A DNA stretch of 64,000 nucleotides from contig CAVTBU010000005.1 of assembly GCA_963733035.1 (NCBI GenBank), positions 448,001 to 512,000 on the forward strand, in the 5' to 3' direction. The position numbers and the translations under genes were made by a program. The notes beneath the pieces were generated by a model. The model searched no databases and was not told the origin of the DNA. It saw nothing but the letters and a program-made list of their open reading frames with translations. Source of the stretch: Pirellulales bacterium (GTDB taxonomy: Bacteria; Planctomycetota; Planctomycetia; Pirellulales; PALSA-1355). This document shows positions 40,840-50,534 of the stretch, piece after piece; the stretch's first letter is position 1, and each line of letters opens with the position of its first letter.

Positions 40840-42549
40840 CTAGTTGGACGCCTTAGACACGGCGACTGCCCGCGAAACATCGGTGTTTTCGTCCACCGTG
40901 CCGTCGAGCGTGATTTTGATGATCGAACCGAGACGGCGCTCCGTGTGACGGTTGGGCCAATTCGAGTTGCAAACCCAAACGCTGCCGTCGTCGCCGAATT
41001 CGATTTCACGCGTGTAGGTCACTCGCGAGGGCATGGGGTATTCGATTAGTTCCTCGGTGCTCGGAACGAATCGGAACATCGAGTCGTTGGTAGTACCGCA
41101 GATCCAGATGTCGCCTGTCTTGGGGTGAATATTCAAGGCATAGGGGAACTGATTCTCCTTATTCGGCAGGTCGTAGACGGTCCATTTCTCCGACGTTGGA
41201 TCGAACTTGGCGAACACGCCCGACCCGCAGCCGGGCACCCACACCATGCCGTCGGCCGCCACGTGCAAGCGACGCGGTCCGCGGAACGGGGGATTCCATT
41301 CCTTGATATCGCCATCGGGAACGTCAGGGTTAATCCGTCCCACGCGGTTGCCGTTCAGCTTGGTGTACCAGATATGGCCGTTCGGCGCCACGTCGATGCC
41401 GTACGGCGTGCGGCCGCGAGATTCGCCTACACCCTGGCCAATCGCCTGGTCTTGATCCGGCAGCTTGTAAAACTTGCGGACATTGTCATGGCTCGGGTCG
41501 AGACTGAAAACGCCACGCCCGGCATCCGTGTACCAAACGACCCCCTTCTTGTCGATTCGTAGCGTGTGCGGATAGATACCGCGACGGGCCGGGTCGGGCG
41601 CCGACGAGACAACTGTCCACTCCTCGGTTTTTACGTCGAACTTGGCCATCTTGCCGCCGATCGCGCAGGTGATCCAGATGTTCCCGTCCGCGTCGCATTC
41701 CAGCGAGTGAGGTCCGATCGTCATTGGATCATCGGAGTAGGGCTCCTTGCCACCGGGCAGGCGATACGTCTTGCGCTCGGCCGTAACCGGATCGAGACTC
41801 ACCAGTGCGTCGTTCGCCATGTCGACTGCATAAACGAGTCCGTTGTGCCCCAGCTCCAAATCGTGAATCATCGAGGGGCGTCGACTTCCCATGTCCCACT
41901 CGGCGACTCTTAAGGCCAGCGTCTTGCCCTTCGGCGGCTCGGGCGGCGTCCATTCGGCCCATTTCTTGGGGGCGTCTTCCGCGTAAGTGTTAACCAGCTT
42001 CGAGACGATCGTCTTTTGCAGATCGCGATGCAGCGCCCCGAAACCATCCATTCGGGTGATCATGACTTGCCAGTCGACGGGCTCTTCCGGCGTCCGAAAC
42101 CCTTCGGTGCCGACTTGATGGCAGTAGGTGCAGGACATCTTGAAGCTCATGCGATGTTCTTCGTTGTCGAACTTCAGCTCGCCAAACAGGCTGGCGCCTG
42201 TCCGTTGGCGCAGCAGGTCCTTTGTTGGCTGCATGACAAACTTGGCATTCTCGACGTCCTCGCCGCTGGACACATCCTGGGGATCCAGGTAATTGTCGTC
42301 GAAACCGACCAGCCGGGCTCGCAGTACGTATTCATCGGCTGGCAGTTGATCTAGGACAAATCGCCCCTTATCGTCGGTCATGACGGTAATGCTCTTTTGA
42401 TCGTCTTCCTGGATGGCGGATACCATCGCGCCGCGGAGCCCCTTGCCGGCGCTGTCGACAACCGTGCCGCGCACAGCGCCTGTGTCCGCGGCTTGCGCCG
42501 CGGCCGTCATGAAAACAACTACTGCGATTCCCGCCCAGATCACTCGCAT
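40840..42549 (-). CDS. Secreted carboxypeptidase-regulatory-like domain + CxxCH cytochrome c + Vgb/NHL-like beta-propeller
   Basis: Signal peptide; TDDKGRF; CTYCH; repeated P-x-x-L-x-x-D-x-x-G-x-I/V-W blades. Confidence 0.85.
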   Translation of the reverse strand: MRVIWAGIAVVVFMTAAAQAADTGAVRGTVVDSAGKGLRGAMVSAIQEDDQKSITVMTDDKGRFVLDQLPADEYVLRARLVGFDDNYLDPQDVSSGEDVENAKFVMQPTKDLLRQRTGASLFGELKFDNEEHRMSFKMSCTYCHQVGTEGFRTPEEPVDWQVMITRMDGFGALHRDLQKTIVSKLVNTYAEDAPKKWAEWTPPEPPKGKTLALRVAEWDMGSRRPSMIHDLELGHNGLVYAVDMANDALVSLDPVTAERKTYRLPGGKEPYSDDPMTIGPHSLECDADGNIWITCAIGGKMAKFDVKTEEWTVVSSAPDPARRGIYPHTLRIDKKGVVWYTDAGRGVFSLDPSHDNVRKFYKLPDQDQAIGQGVGESRGRTPYGIDVAPNGHIWYTKLNGNRVGRINPDVPDGDIKEWNPPFRGPRRLHVAADGMVWVPGCGSGVFAKFDPTSEKWTVYDLPNKENQFPYALNIHPKTGDIWICGTTNDSMFRFVPSTEELIEYPMPSRVTYTREIEFGDDGSVWVCNSNWPNRHTERRLGSIIKITLDGTVDENTDVSRAVAVSKASN

Positions 42550-42632
42550 CGCTATGCTCCCCTTTGGTAGTTGGCGGCCGCCAGTTCAACCGCGACCGTG
42601 TCGATGTTCGCCAGAATTTGATTTTCGTAGCG

Positions 42633-43373
42633 CTAATCCGAGAAATCAATCTCTACGGGCTGGATCACGACGTTGATGAGATAGTCGCGAAAATCAGCCC
42701 GGTCGACCGATTCCAGTGAGCGAAGAAACGCCGCCACCTCGCGGATTTCGGCGTCGGTCAGGGCGATCTTGCCGACTTCCACTTCGATGTTGGCCCGCTT
42801 GTTTTGTTGGGCAATTTGCCCGAATTCCACGTGCTTGGCGATGGCCTCTTCGAGCGTTGAGACACTGCCATCGTGGAAAAAAGACTTGCGATCTGCCAGA
42901 TTTCGTAGCGCGGGGGTGGCAATTGGCTCGGCGGAGGTGCCAATCTGGTGCTTTTTGCCGTCGGTGAAATCGGGCACGGCGTGGCAGGCCGTGCAATTGC
43001 CGATCCCGTTGGCGTCGCCATACGCGCGGATGAATTTCAACCAGCCTCGGAACGCATCGTCACTGAACCCCTCGGCCGGGCGCTTGATCAGAATTCGACC
43101 GGCCTGGTTTCCCAAGCGCGATTCCATGAATCCCCAGTACTCCGCGGCGCTCTCGTCTGGCAGGAATCCCTCGCGGAAGCGATTGATCTTCATGAACGCA
43201 TCGTAGGGGGAGGTGTACTTAGCATCGGTCACGACGCGGCCCGATTGGGTCTGTGCCAAGACGCCGCGCGGCCCGTTGCCCAGCACGGCTGCAAGGCACA
43301 GGAACCCGCCAAGAACTGGCCACGCAGTGAACGAACGGTTGGGCCGCTTGCCGCTTGGGATCATAGGTTTCAC
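42633..43373 (-). CDS. Single-heme cytochrome c resembling the C-terminal domain of di-heme cytochrome c peroxidases
   Basis: Signal peptide; RGWLKF, NCTACH, FTD, TPALRNL, FHDGS..LEEAI, VAAFLRSL; start uncertain (43373 or 43364). Confidence 0.8.
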   Translation of the reverse strand: MKPMIPSGKRPNRSFTAWPVLGGFLCLAAVLGNGPRGVLAQTQSGRVVTDAKYTSPYDAFMKINRFREGFLPDESAAEYWGFMESRLGNQAGRILIKRPAEGFSDDAFRGWLKFIRAYGDANGIGNCTACHAVPDFTDGKKHQIGTSAEPIATPALRNLADRKSFFHDGSVSTLEEAIAKHVEFGQIAQQNKRANIEVEVGKIALTDAEIREVAAFLRSLESVDRADFRDYLINVVIQPVEIDFSD

Positions 43374-43411
43374 ATGAGTCGCTCGATCGATCAACCGGCG
43401 CGCTCGGTTTT

Positions 43412-45341
43412 TCAGGGTTTCGCCAACCGCTTTTGATTTTCCTGCACCAGTTGCTCGAACTGTTCGACCGGGAATGCAATGTCGTACCAGCCGATCATCA
43501 TTTCTTCCCAAGTCTGATCTCCCCATCGGACATCATGCTTGGAATCGGGGTTGTACAGATTCTCCTCGGAGTTGTCGAACAGAGCCGTACAAACCATTTC
43601 CGTCCCCTTGGGCAGCATCTTCGGCTGAGACAAAATATAGTTGGTCTGCCAATTGAAATCGTAAAAGGGCATGTCCAACAAGATCTCGTGCTTGCCGTCT
43701 GGATAGCTCACCTCATAGCGGAACGACTTCCCGCGCACATGCATGTGCGGAAACATGGAAAGCAGCAGCGTGTCGCGCGGAAAGGTCTTCTTGGCAACCA
43801 CCCGATAGTCGCTCGCACCGGCCGGGATCACGAAATCGTGATTCGCGGCATTGCTAGTCGATAACAAGTGCGTGACTTCTTCCTTGTTGGTATATACCAG
43901 TCCAATTCCGCTTCGATCTTTCTGCGGGCTGCCAATCGGCGTGTAATGCATCTGGAACGTTAGCCGTGAGCCGGCCGGAATCTTCTTGGCGTAGCCGGGC
44001 TCGAGTACCATCGGACGCGTTCCCGGCGCGAAACCCGCCAGGAAGCCAAAGCCCGTAATGTCGCGGTCGCGCCGGTCCTCAGCGTCTTGTCGCCCTGGTT
44101 CGCTCTCGGGAGTTTGGCTGTCGTTGCGAGCTTCCGCTTCAGCTCGCTCCTGCCGCGCACGCCGTGCACGTTCGCCTGCGGCGGCGCTCCTCGGGAGTTC
44201 TTTCCGGAGGCACGACAAACACAATGATGTGGTGCACGACCGCCGGGTTGCCGGGCAGGCACTCAGCCATCTTGACCCACTTATCTTCCGTAAAGCCTGG
44301 ATCAACCGTGTAGTAACGGTAGGGCTCGGTGCCCTCGGCCATCACATCGACTGGCTCATCGGCGATATAGATCACCTGGTCCGGCTTGCGCGGCAGCAGG
44401 AAGCCGGACGGAAATTTGGGCGGCTCGGGTAATTCCGCCGGGTCACCCTCGGGACAGCCGTTTTCGACCCAGGTATAAACCAGCTGCTTTTCGTCCTTGG
44501 TAAGCGTATCTTCGTTCGCAAAACTGCCGTGCTTGGGGTCCGCGTGCCAGGGCGGCATCCGCTGTTGGCGAATCACCTCGGAAATCATTTCTCCCCAGCC
44601 GGCAACTTCGTCATAGCTGGCCATTGCGAACGGGCCGATCTGCCCCTCACGATGACACTTCACGCAACGTTCATTGAACAGACGGGAAATCTGCTTGGAA
44701 TAGGTGACCTGGGAGTCCTGCTTGATATCGCGCACTCGGCCGATGTAACAACCCTTCGGCTCGGTAACGGGCACGCGCACTTCATGCCCGGCCAACAGAT
44801 CTTCAACTGCCTCGAGCATGTCCAGACGCTTCTCCTGCGGGGCCGCAAAACCCACGCCGGCACCAAAGGTATAGGTGCCGTCAATACGGCCGGAGTAACG
44901 GATCACTCGATCGGCATCGAGTACAAACACTTGCGGGGTCCGCTCCGCTCCAAATTGATCAGCAATTTTGTTCCCAGGGTCCTTCAAGATCGGAAACGTC
45001 ACGCCATGTCTTCGGGCATAAGCCGCAATCTCAGTGATGGAATCCTGGCTGTTGGAATTAATACCGATGATCTTCACGCCACGACCGGCGTAGTCCTGGC
45101 TAATGCGTTCCATCCGGGGAGCATAGAGCTTGGCCAGCGGACACTCGGTACCCGTGAAGTAGACGATCACGATCCGTTGGTCGTCGTAGTCCGAGAGCGA
45201 ATGGCTTTTTCCGTAATAGTCGCGCAGGGTGAAGTCGTTGATCTTTTGCCCAACCTGGGAAGCAAGCTCCTCGGCGGCCAGCCCGCCGACAAACAGCGAA
45301 GCAAGCAGCAGCGACATCAGATTCACGCAGGCGATTCGCAT
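43412..45341 (-). CDS. Secreted redoxin + CxxCH + PHM-like copper monooxygenase fusion; frameshift near 44160-44200
   Basis: GTECP, RCVKCH, MPPWHADP, VVHHI in ORF 44139..45341; FQMHY, PHMH, EEMM in ORF 43412..44305. Confidence 0.85.
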
Positions 45342-45795
45342 GACCGACCCCTTACATTGCGGAGGAAAGATGACTGCCGAGTGGCATACCCCGCTCGTGA
45401 CACTCGACTTAACCTAACGCTTTGGGCGTTGGCGGTCAAAGAAATTCTGCGTTGCCACGCGGCGAGCCGCGCATCTTTGAGCCAATGCCCAAAGCCGACC
45501 GCCGTAATGATTCGCCGGCCCGCAACCAGCCGCCCGCCGTGTTGTGGGGCACGCAATTGCCCGGCACCTTGACGCTACGTCGTCGAGCAATCACCGTGCC
45601 ATTTCAGGCCCATTGCTGTGGTGCTGCCAGACCGACGGAAACTGGGAAAGTCCAGTCATTTACCGAGACGCTTACTGCCTCGACGTGTGCGGTCGTTGAG
45701 ACAGATCCGCACGCTTGCTTGCCCAGTTTGTCACGCGCCAGAGTCCGGTTGCGAGCGACCGCTCCCGAAAATCGTTACAAACTATGTGACGCAAT

Positions 45796-48700
45796 TCAGT
45801 CGGTCGAAATGGCCGGGACCGGCGGCGAGCTCTGGCTCAACAGCAGGTATCCGACGGGGATCAACAATCGAGTCAGCAGCATATTCGTGATCAATCCACC
45901 AATCACGGCGATCGCCAGAGGCTGCTGCATCTGTGCGCCGGGGCCGAGCCCAACTGCCAGCGGGATCAACCCAAAAATCGTGGTCAGGCTCGTCATCAAG
46001 ATCGGCCGAAACCGTGTCCGGCCCGCTCGCAGCAAAGCGTCGTTCAGCGGCACGCCTTGGCCGGTGAGTTGGCCAATGTATTCGATCAAGATGATCCCGT
46101 TCTTGACGTCCAGCCCGATCAGAAGAATCGCGCCCATGAATGAGGAGACATTTAAGGGCGTGCCCGTGATCCACAGGGCGAACAGCGCGCTGGCCAACGA
46201 CATTGGCTGGGCCAGGAAGATCAGCATCGGCAGCGTCAGGCTGTGGAATTGGAAGCCGAGGAGCAGGAACACCAACGCCGCGGCGAGTATCATTACCACA
46301 AGCAGGCTGGCAAACGATTCTTGCTGGGCGCGGTAGTTGCCCGCCAACTCCCAGCGATAACCCGGCGGAAACTCTAACTTCGCGAGACGCGATTGCAGGT
46401 CGCGATTGACCGTACCCAAGTCGATATCTGCAAGTTCCGCGGTAACGGTGATTACCGGCTGTTGGTTCTCGCGCCACAGTTCATTGGGACTGCGGGAAAC
46501 GTCGATCGACGCCAATTGCGACAAGGGTACAAAACCGATTCCAGGCGGACCGCCATTCGCGCTTGAAGGTACTGTCGTGATCGGCGTGGCCGTTGCCAAA
46601 CTGATTGGCAGCTGCCCCAAGTGGTCTTTGTCAAATCGCACGCGGTCGGGATAACGCACGCGAATCTTCGTCATGCGGTCTTGTTCCGGGATCGTGCTGG
46701 CCACCTGTCCGTAAAGTGCCGCATTGAGCTGCATCTCAATGTCGATTTCGCTCAATCCCACACGGGCGGTCTGCACGCTGTCAGGCCGTACGATGATATC
46801 GGGGTTGCCAAGGAAGACGTGCGGATTAACGTCCACCGCGCCAGGGGTTTGCTCGACAACGTCGCCGACCTGGGTGGCCAGACTGCGCAGCACGGCCGGA
46901 TCAGGACCAAACACCTTAACCTCGATGGGAGATTCGACGCCCGCCAGGTCGCCAATCTGGTCTTGGATTAGCGGGATCAACTCAATCTCCAGCTCGGGTA
47001 CCGTCGCCTCGAGTTCCTCCCGCAGCGCGTCAAAGATCTCGGAAGCCGGGCGACGTTCGCCGGGCGGCTTGAGGCTGACGAGAATATCGCCCGTGTAGGA
47101 CTCGGTGGCAAAGAATCCGAGTTCGGCCCCGGTTCGGCGAATGTAGCCGTCAATGTCCGGCGTGTGCAACAGCACCGATTCTACGCGGCGCATCACCTTG
47201 TCGGTCTGTGCCAGCGACGTGCCAACTGGCATTTCGTAGTCAATGACTAGCGCCCCTTCATCCATCTCGGGCATGAAGCCGGTTTCCAGATGATTGAAGA
47301 TGAACCAGCCCGGTATCACAATCAGAATCGCAAGGATCACGGTGAGCTTGGGAAAACGCAGCCCCAGTCGAAGCAGACCTTCATAACGACTTGCGAGCAG
47401 ATTGTAGATGGGACCGGTCGTGGGGACCGCCCGCCGAGCCAGATAGCGGGCGGCAAGTACCGGAATGATTGTCAGACTAACGACCATGGAAACCAGCAGC
47501 GCGACCGTCAACGCAATGCTCAACGACTGAAAGAACTGTCCGACAACGCCGCCGACAAGCGCGAGAGGCAGGAATACCAGGATGGTTGTCAGGGTCGAGC
47601 CAATGATCGCTCCGCTGATTTCTCGACTAGCGGCATCGACGGCGGCATCGCCGCTTTGACCTTCGGCGAGATGCCGCGCAATGTTCTCGACGACCACCAC
47701 CGTATCGTCGATGATCAACCCGATCGCCACGGCGAGACCACCCAGCGACATCAAGTTCAGGGTGTCTCCAGTCAGGTAGAGAAACGCAAAACTAATGATC
47801 AGGCTGAGGGGAATGGCCAGCGACGCGATCAACGTCGCGCGCCAGCTTTTCAGAAACAGAAGCAGGACCAGCACGCTCAAACAGCCGCCAATGATGATCG
47901 CATCACGTACATTGGCAATTGCCGTCTTGACGAGCAGCCCCTGATCGTAAATCGGCTGGATGACGATACCTGGAGGCGCTGACTTCGCCGCGTCGACCAA
48001 GACCTGATCCAAGTCGCGAGACACGTTCAAGGCATTACCGCCCAAGCGGCGGAACACGGTCAATGCTACCGCGGATTTGCCATTGGCGCGAATCGCCATC
48101 GTGCGGTCTTCGTGCGAAATTGTCACCCGGCCGATGTCCGACAAGCGAATCGGCTGGCCGTTCTTTTGCGAAATAACGCGGTACTCCAAGTCCGCCGGAT
48201 CAATGGCCAAGCTGTCCACCAGAACCTGGTACTGCAACGTTTCTCGATCAATTCGGCCAACGGCTTTGAGTCGGTGTTCCTTGCCCAACCGATCCGCAAC
48301 GTCCGCGATGGATAGCCCTGTCGCGACCAACGCCGAGGGTTCGACTTCCACCAGCACCTCGCGGATATCACCGCCCTGCACCGTCACGTACGACACGTCT
48401 GCGATCCGGCTAATCCGCGGCCGCAGGTCGTAATACGCGTAGTCGTGCAGCGCTGCCTCATCCCGCCCCCCCGTCACCACAAATGAAATGATAGGGAACA
48501 CCGAGGGGGTCTGCCGCTCGATGATTGTGCTCGTGCCCGGCGGAAGCTGCGAACCCAGTTCCGCCATGCGCGCCCGAACGTCGTTCAGCGCTTGAATCAT
48601 GTCGGTGCCAGAAGTGAAATCGATCGAGAGTTCCGAGGCGCCGCGAACCGACTTCGATCGAACGCGTATCACTCCCAAGACAATGCTGACGGCCTCTTCG

Positions 48701-48951
48701 ATAGGGCGCGTAACAGCCACCTCGACATCCTTGACCGCCATGCCGGGCGTCTGGGCGATGACAACAATGCGAGGAAACGCCACCTCCGGGTAAATGCCGC
48801 TTGGCATCCGCCGCATGGCAACGATACCAAATACCAGCAACAGGCCGGTTGTGAAAACAATCAGCCCAAAATAGGGCCTGGCCAAGGCGACCAGATTGCG
48901 ACGGCCCACCGGAGACGGCGATTCCGGCGACATCTGCGACGGCCGGTTCAT
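45796..48951 (-). CDS. RND efflux permease subunit
   Basis: NLMSLGGLAVAIGLIIDDTVVVVENI, FMPEMDEG, RFRPILMT, QPLAIAVIGGL. Confidence 0.95.
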   Translation of the reverse strand: MNRPSQMSPESPSPVGRRNLVALARPYFGLIVFTTGLLLVFGIVAMRRMPSGIYPEVAFPRIVVIAQTPGMAVKDVEVAVTRPIEEAVSIVLGVIRVRSKSVRGASELSIDFTSGTDMIQALNDVRARMAELGSQLPPGTSTIIERQTPSVFPIISFVVTGGRDEAALHDYAYYDLRPRISRIADVSYVTVQGGDIREVLVEVEPSALVATGLSIADVADRLGKEHRLKAVGRIDRETLQYQVLVDSLAIDPADLEYRVISQKNGQPIRLSDIGRVTISHEDRTMAIRANGKSAVALTVFRRLGGNALNVSRDLDQVLVDAAKSAPPGIVIQPIYDQGLLVKTAIANVRDAIIIGGCLSVLVLLLFLKSWRATLIASLAIPLSLIISFAFLYLTGDTLNLMSLGGLAVAIGLIIDDTVVVVENIARHLAEGQSGDAAVDAASREISGAIIGSTLTTILVFLPLALVGGVVGQFFQSLSIALTVALLVSMVVSLTIIPVLAARYLARRAVPTTGPIYNLLASRYEGLLRLGLRFPKLTVILAILIVIPGWFIFNHLETGFMPEMDEGALVIDYEMPVGTSLAQTDKVMRRVESVLLHTPDIDGYIRRTGAELGFFATESYTGDILVSLKPPGERRPASEIFDALREELEATVPELEIELIPLIQDQIGDLAGVESPIEVKVFGPDPAVLRSLATQVGDVVEQTPGAVDVNPHVFLGNPDIIVRPDSVQTARVGLSEIDIEMQLNAALYGQVASTIPEQDRMTKIRVRYPDRVRFDKDHLGQLPISLATATPITTVPSSANGGPPGIGFVPLSQLASIDVSRSPNELWRENQQPVITVTAELADIDLGTVNRDLQSRLAKLEFPPGYRWELAGNYRAQQESFASLLVVMILAAALVFLLLGFQFHSLTLPMLIFLAQPMSLASALFALWITGTPLNVSSFMGAILLIGLDVKNGIILIEYIGQLTGQGVPLNDALLRAGRTRFRPILMTSLTTIFGLIPLAVGLGPGAQMQQPLAIAVIGGLITNMLLTRLLIPVGYLLLSQSSPPVPAISTD

Positions 48952-50276
48952 CGCCGCGCCTCCGCGCCGGAACGTCGCGCCGTCTTTTCAACCTGCACGG
49001 GCGTTCCTTCCGGCAGGTTGAATCCACCCTCGATGACCACTTGCTCGCCAGCCTGAAGGTCGGTTCCCGAGATGATCGTGTAGTCGCCATGCGTCGCCAG
49101 CGACTTCGGATGCACTTGCACGACCTTTCCATCACGCACAACCAGAAGGTGAGGACCTTCACCCAAATCGAAGATCGCCGAAGAGGGCACGGCCAGTTCG
49201 TCAACCCGCTGGCGAACCAAAATCGTTACGCTGAGGGTCTCTCCAACCGCGACTCGTCCGCCTTCGTTTTCGACGAGGATGCGGACCGGCAGATTGCCGG
49301 TTTGCGGATCGACAATGCGACCCATCGAAACAACTTTTCCGGACACGCTGGCTTCGTCGTCGGACGTAGCGGCAACATGCAGCTGCGGCACTTTCTCTCC
49401 AATCGCGAGCCGCGCCATTTGGCCCGCGCGAACCTCGCTTGCCAATGGGGGTGGCAACCAGACGACCACGTTGAGATGTTTGGTGTTGACGACTTCGCCA
49501 ATCGGCATTCCCACCGTAATGGTCTGTCCGGGGTGGCAGGTAAGGCTGTCGAGGACCCCGTCGATCGGCGATCGGATCGTATGCAAGTCCAGTGTGGCTT
49601 GCGAGAGCGCCAAGGCGCCTTCGGCGGCCTCCAGCCGCGCTTGCGCCTCGGCAACGGCTTCTGGTTTGGGGCCGATCATCAGAAGTTGCAACTGCGCTTC
49701 GGCGGAATGTTGTTGGAGTTGCGCCTGGACGAGCAATTGCTGGGCGTCGAATAACTGAGCCGACGAGACTTCGTGCCGCTCGATCAGCGGCTGCAATCGC
49801 TCCAGTGCAGCCCGGGCACTCTCAACATTGGCCTTGGCCTGCTCCACGGCGACCTCGAGTCCCCGACGATCTTCAAGTCGAGGCTCTACCTTCAGCAGGT
49901 CCAGCGAGGCTTTCAGAGTATCTCGATTCGCCTTTTTTTCGGCGGTATCCGCTTCGGCAAGACTTTTGTCAAGTTCGACGATCGGGTCGCCGTGATGCAC
50001 AAAGTCGCCCAGATTTACCAGGATCCTCTCAACGTGACCTTCCACCGCAGGCGTTAAAGTCACCAACCCATTCGGAAGCGCTTCGCTACGACCAATGCCG
50101 TCAATCGTTTCATCGATTGACCGGATTTCCGCCAGCGCAGTGCGCACTACGACGATGGCCGCATGTTCCTCGTCCGGCGGCGGTTCTTCCTGCTGTTGAC
50201 AGCCCACCAATAGCGCGGCAGCGCACGCGACGAGACGCAGAAGTTTCGCACAACGCTGGGTAAGCTGTACTGACAC
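48948..50276 (-). CDS. RND periplasmic adaptor (MFP) lipoprotein
   Basis: LVG-C lipobox, IRSPIDG, VDPQTG, VPSSAI; 4-nt overlap with the permease. Confidence 0.93.
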   Translation of the reverse strand: MSVQLTQRCAKLLRLVACAAALLVGCQQQEEPPPDEEHAAIVVVRTALAEIRSIDETIDGIGRSEALPNGLVTLTPAVEGHVERILVNLGDFVHHGDPIVELDKSLAEADTAEKKANRDTLKASLDLLKVEPRLEDRRGLEVAVEQAKANVESARAALERLQPLIERHEVSSAQLFDAQQLLVQAQLQQHSAEAQLQLLMIGPKPEAVAEAQARLEAAEGALALSQATLDLHTIRSPIDGVLDSLTCHPGQTITVGMPIGEVVNTKHLNVVVWLPPPLASEVRAGQMARLAIGEKVPQLHVAATSDDEASVSGKVVSMGRIVDPQTGNLPVRILVENEGGRVAVGETLSVTILVRQRVDELAVPSSAIFDLGEGPHLLVVRDGKVVQVHPKSLATHGDYTIISGTDLQAGEQVVIEGGFNLPEGTPVQVEKTARRSGAEARR

Positions 50277-50534
50277 TGCGGCGTTGCGACCTGAAGTGAT
50301 GCCTGCGGTCCGTCATTCCAAATTCAATGCAAACAACCTCTATAGATTGAACGGGTAAAGGAGCCCAGTCAAGTTGCGTGATTTGTGACGAAGTTTTTTT
50401 TGCCGACAATCAACACCGAATACTCCGCCGATGCTATATATCGCGGCTATGCGGTTTACTACGCGGCCGCCCCCTCTGCCTGTCCTAGCCCCTCTCAATT
50501 CTCAGCCCCTTTCGTTGCAAAGCGGGAAGCATTC

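Noticed and set aside
40840..42549. Calling this gene a virginiamycin B resistance lyase (vgb)
   Set aside because: It is exported and heme-fused with only fold-level resemblance; nothing supports antibiotic resistance.
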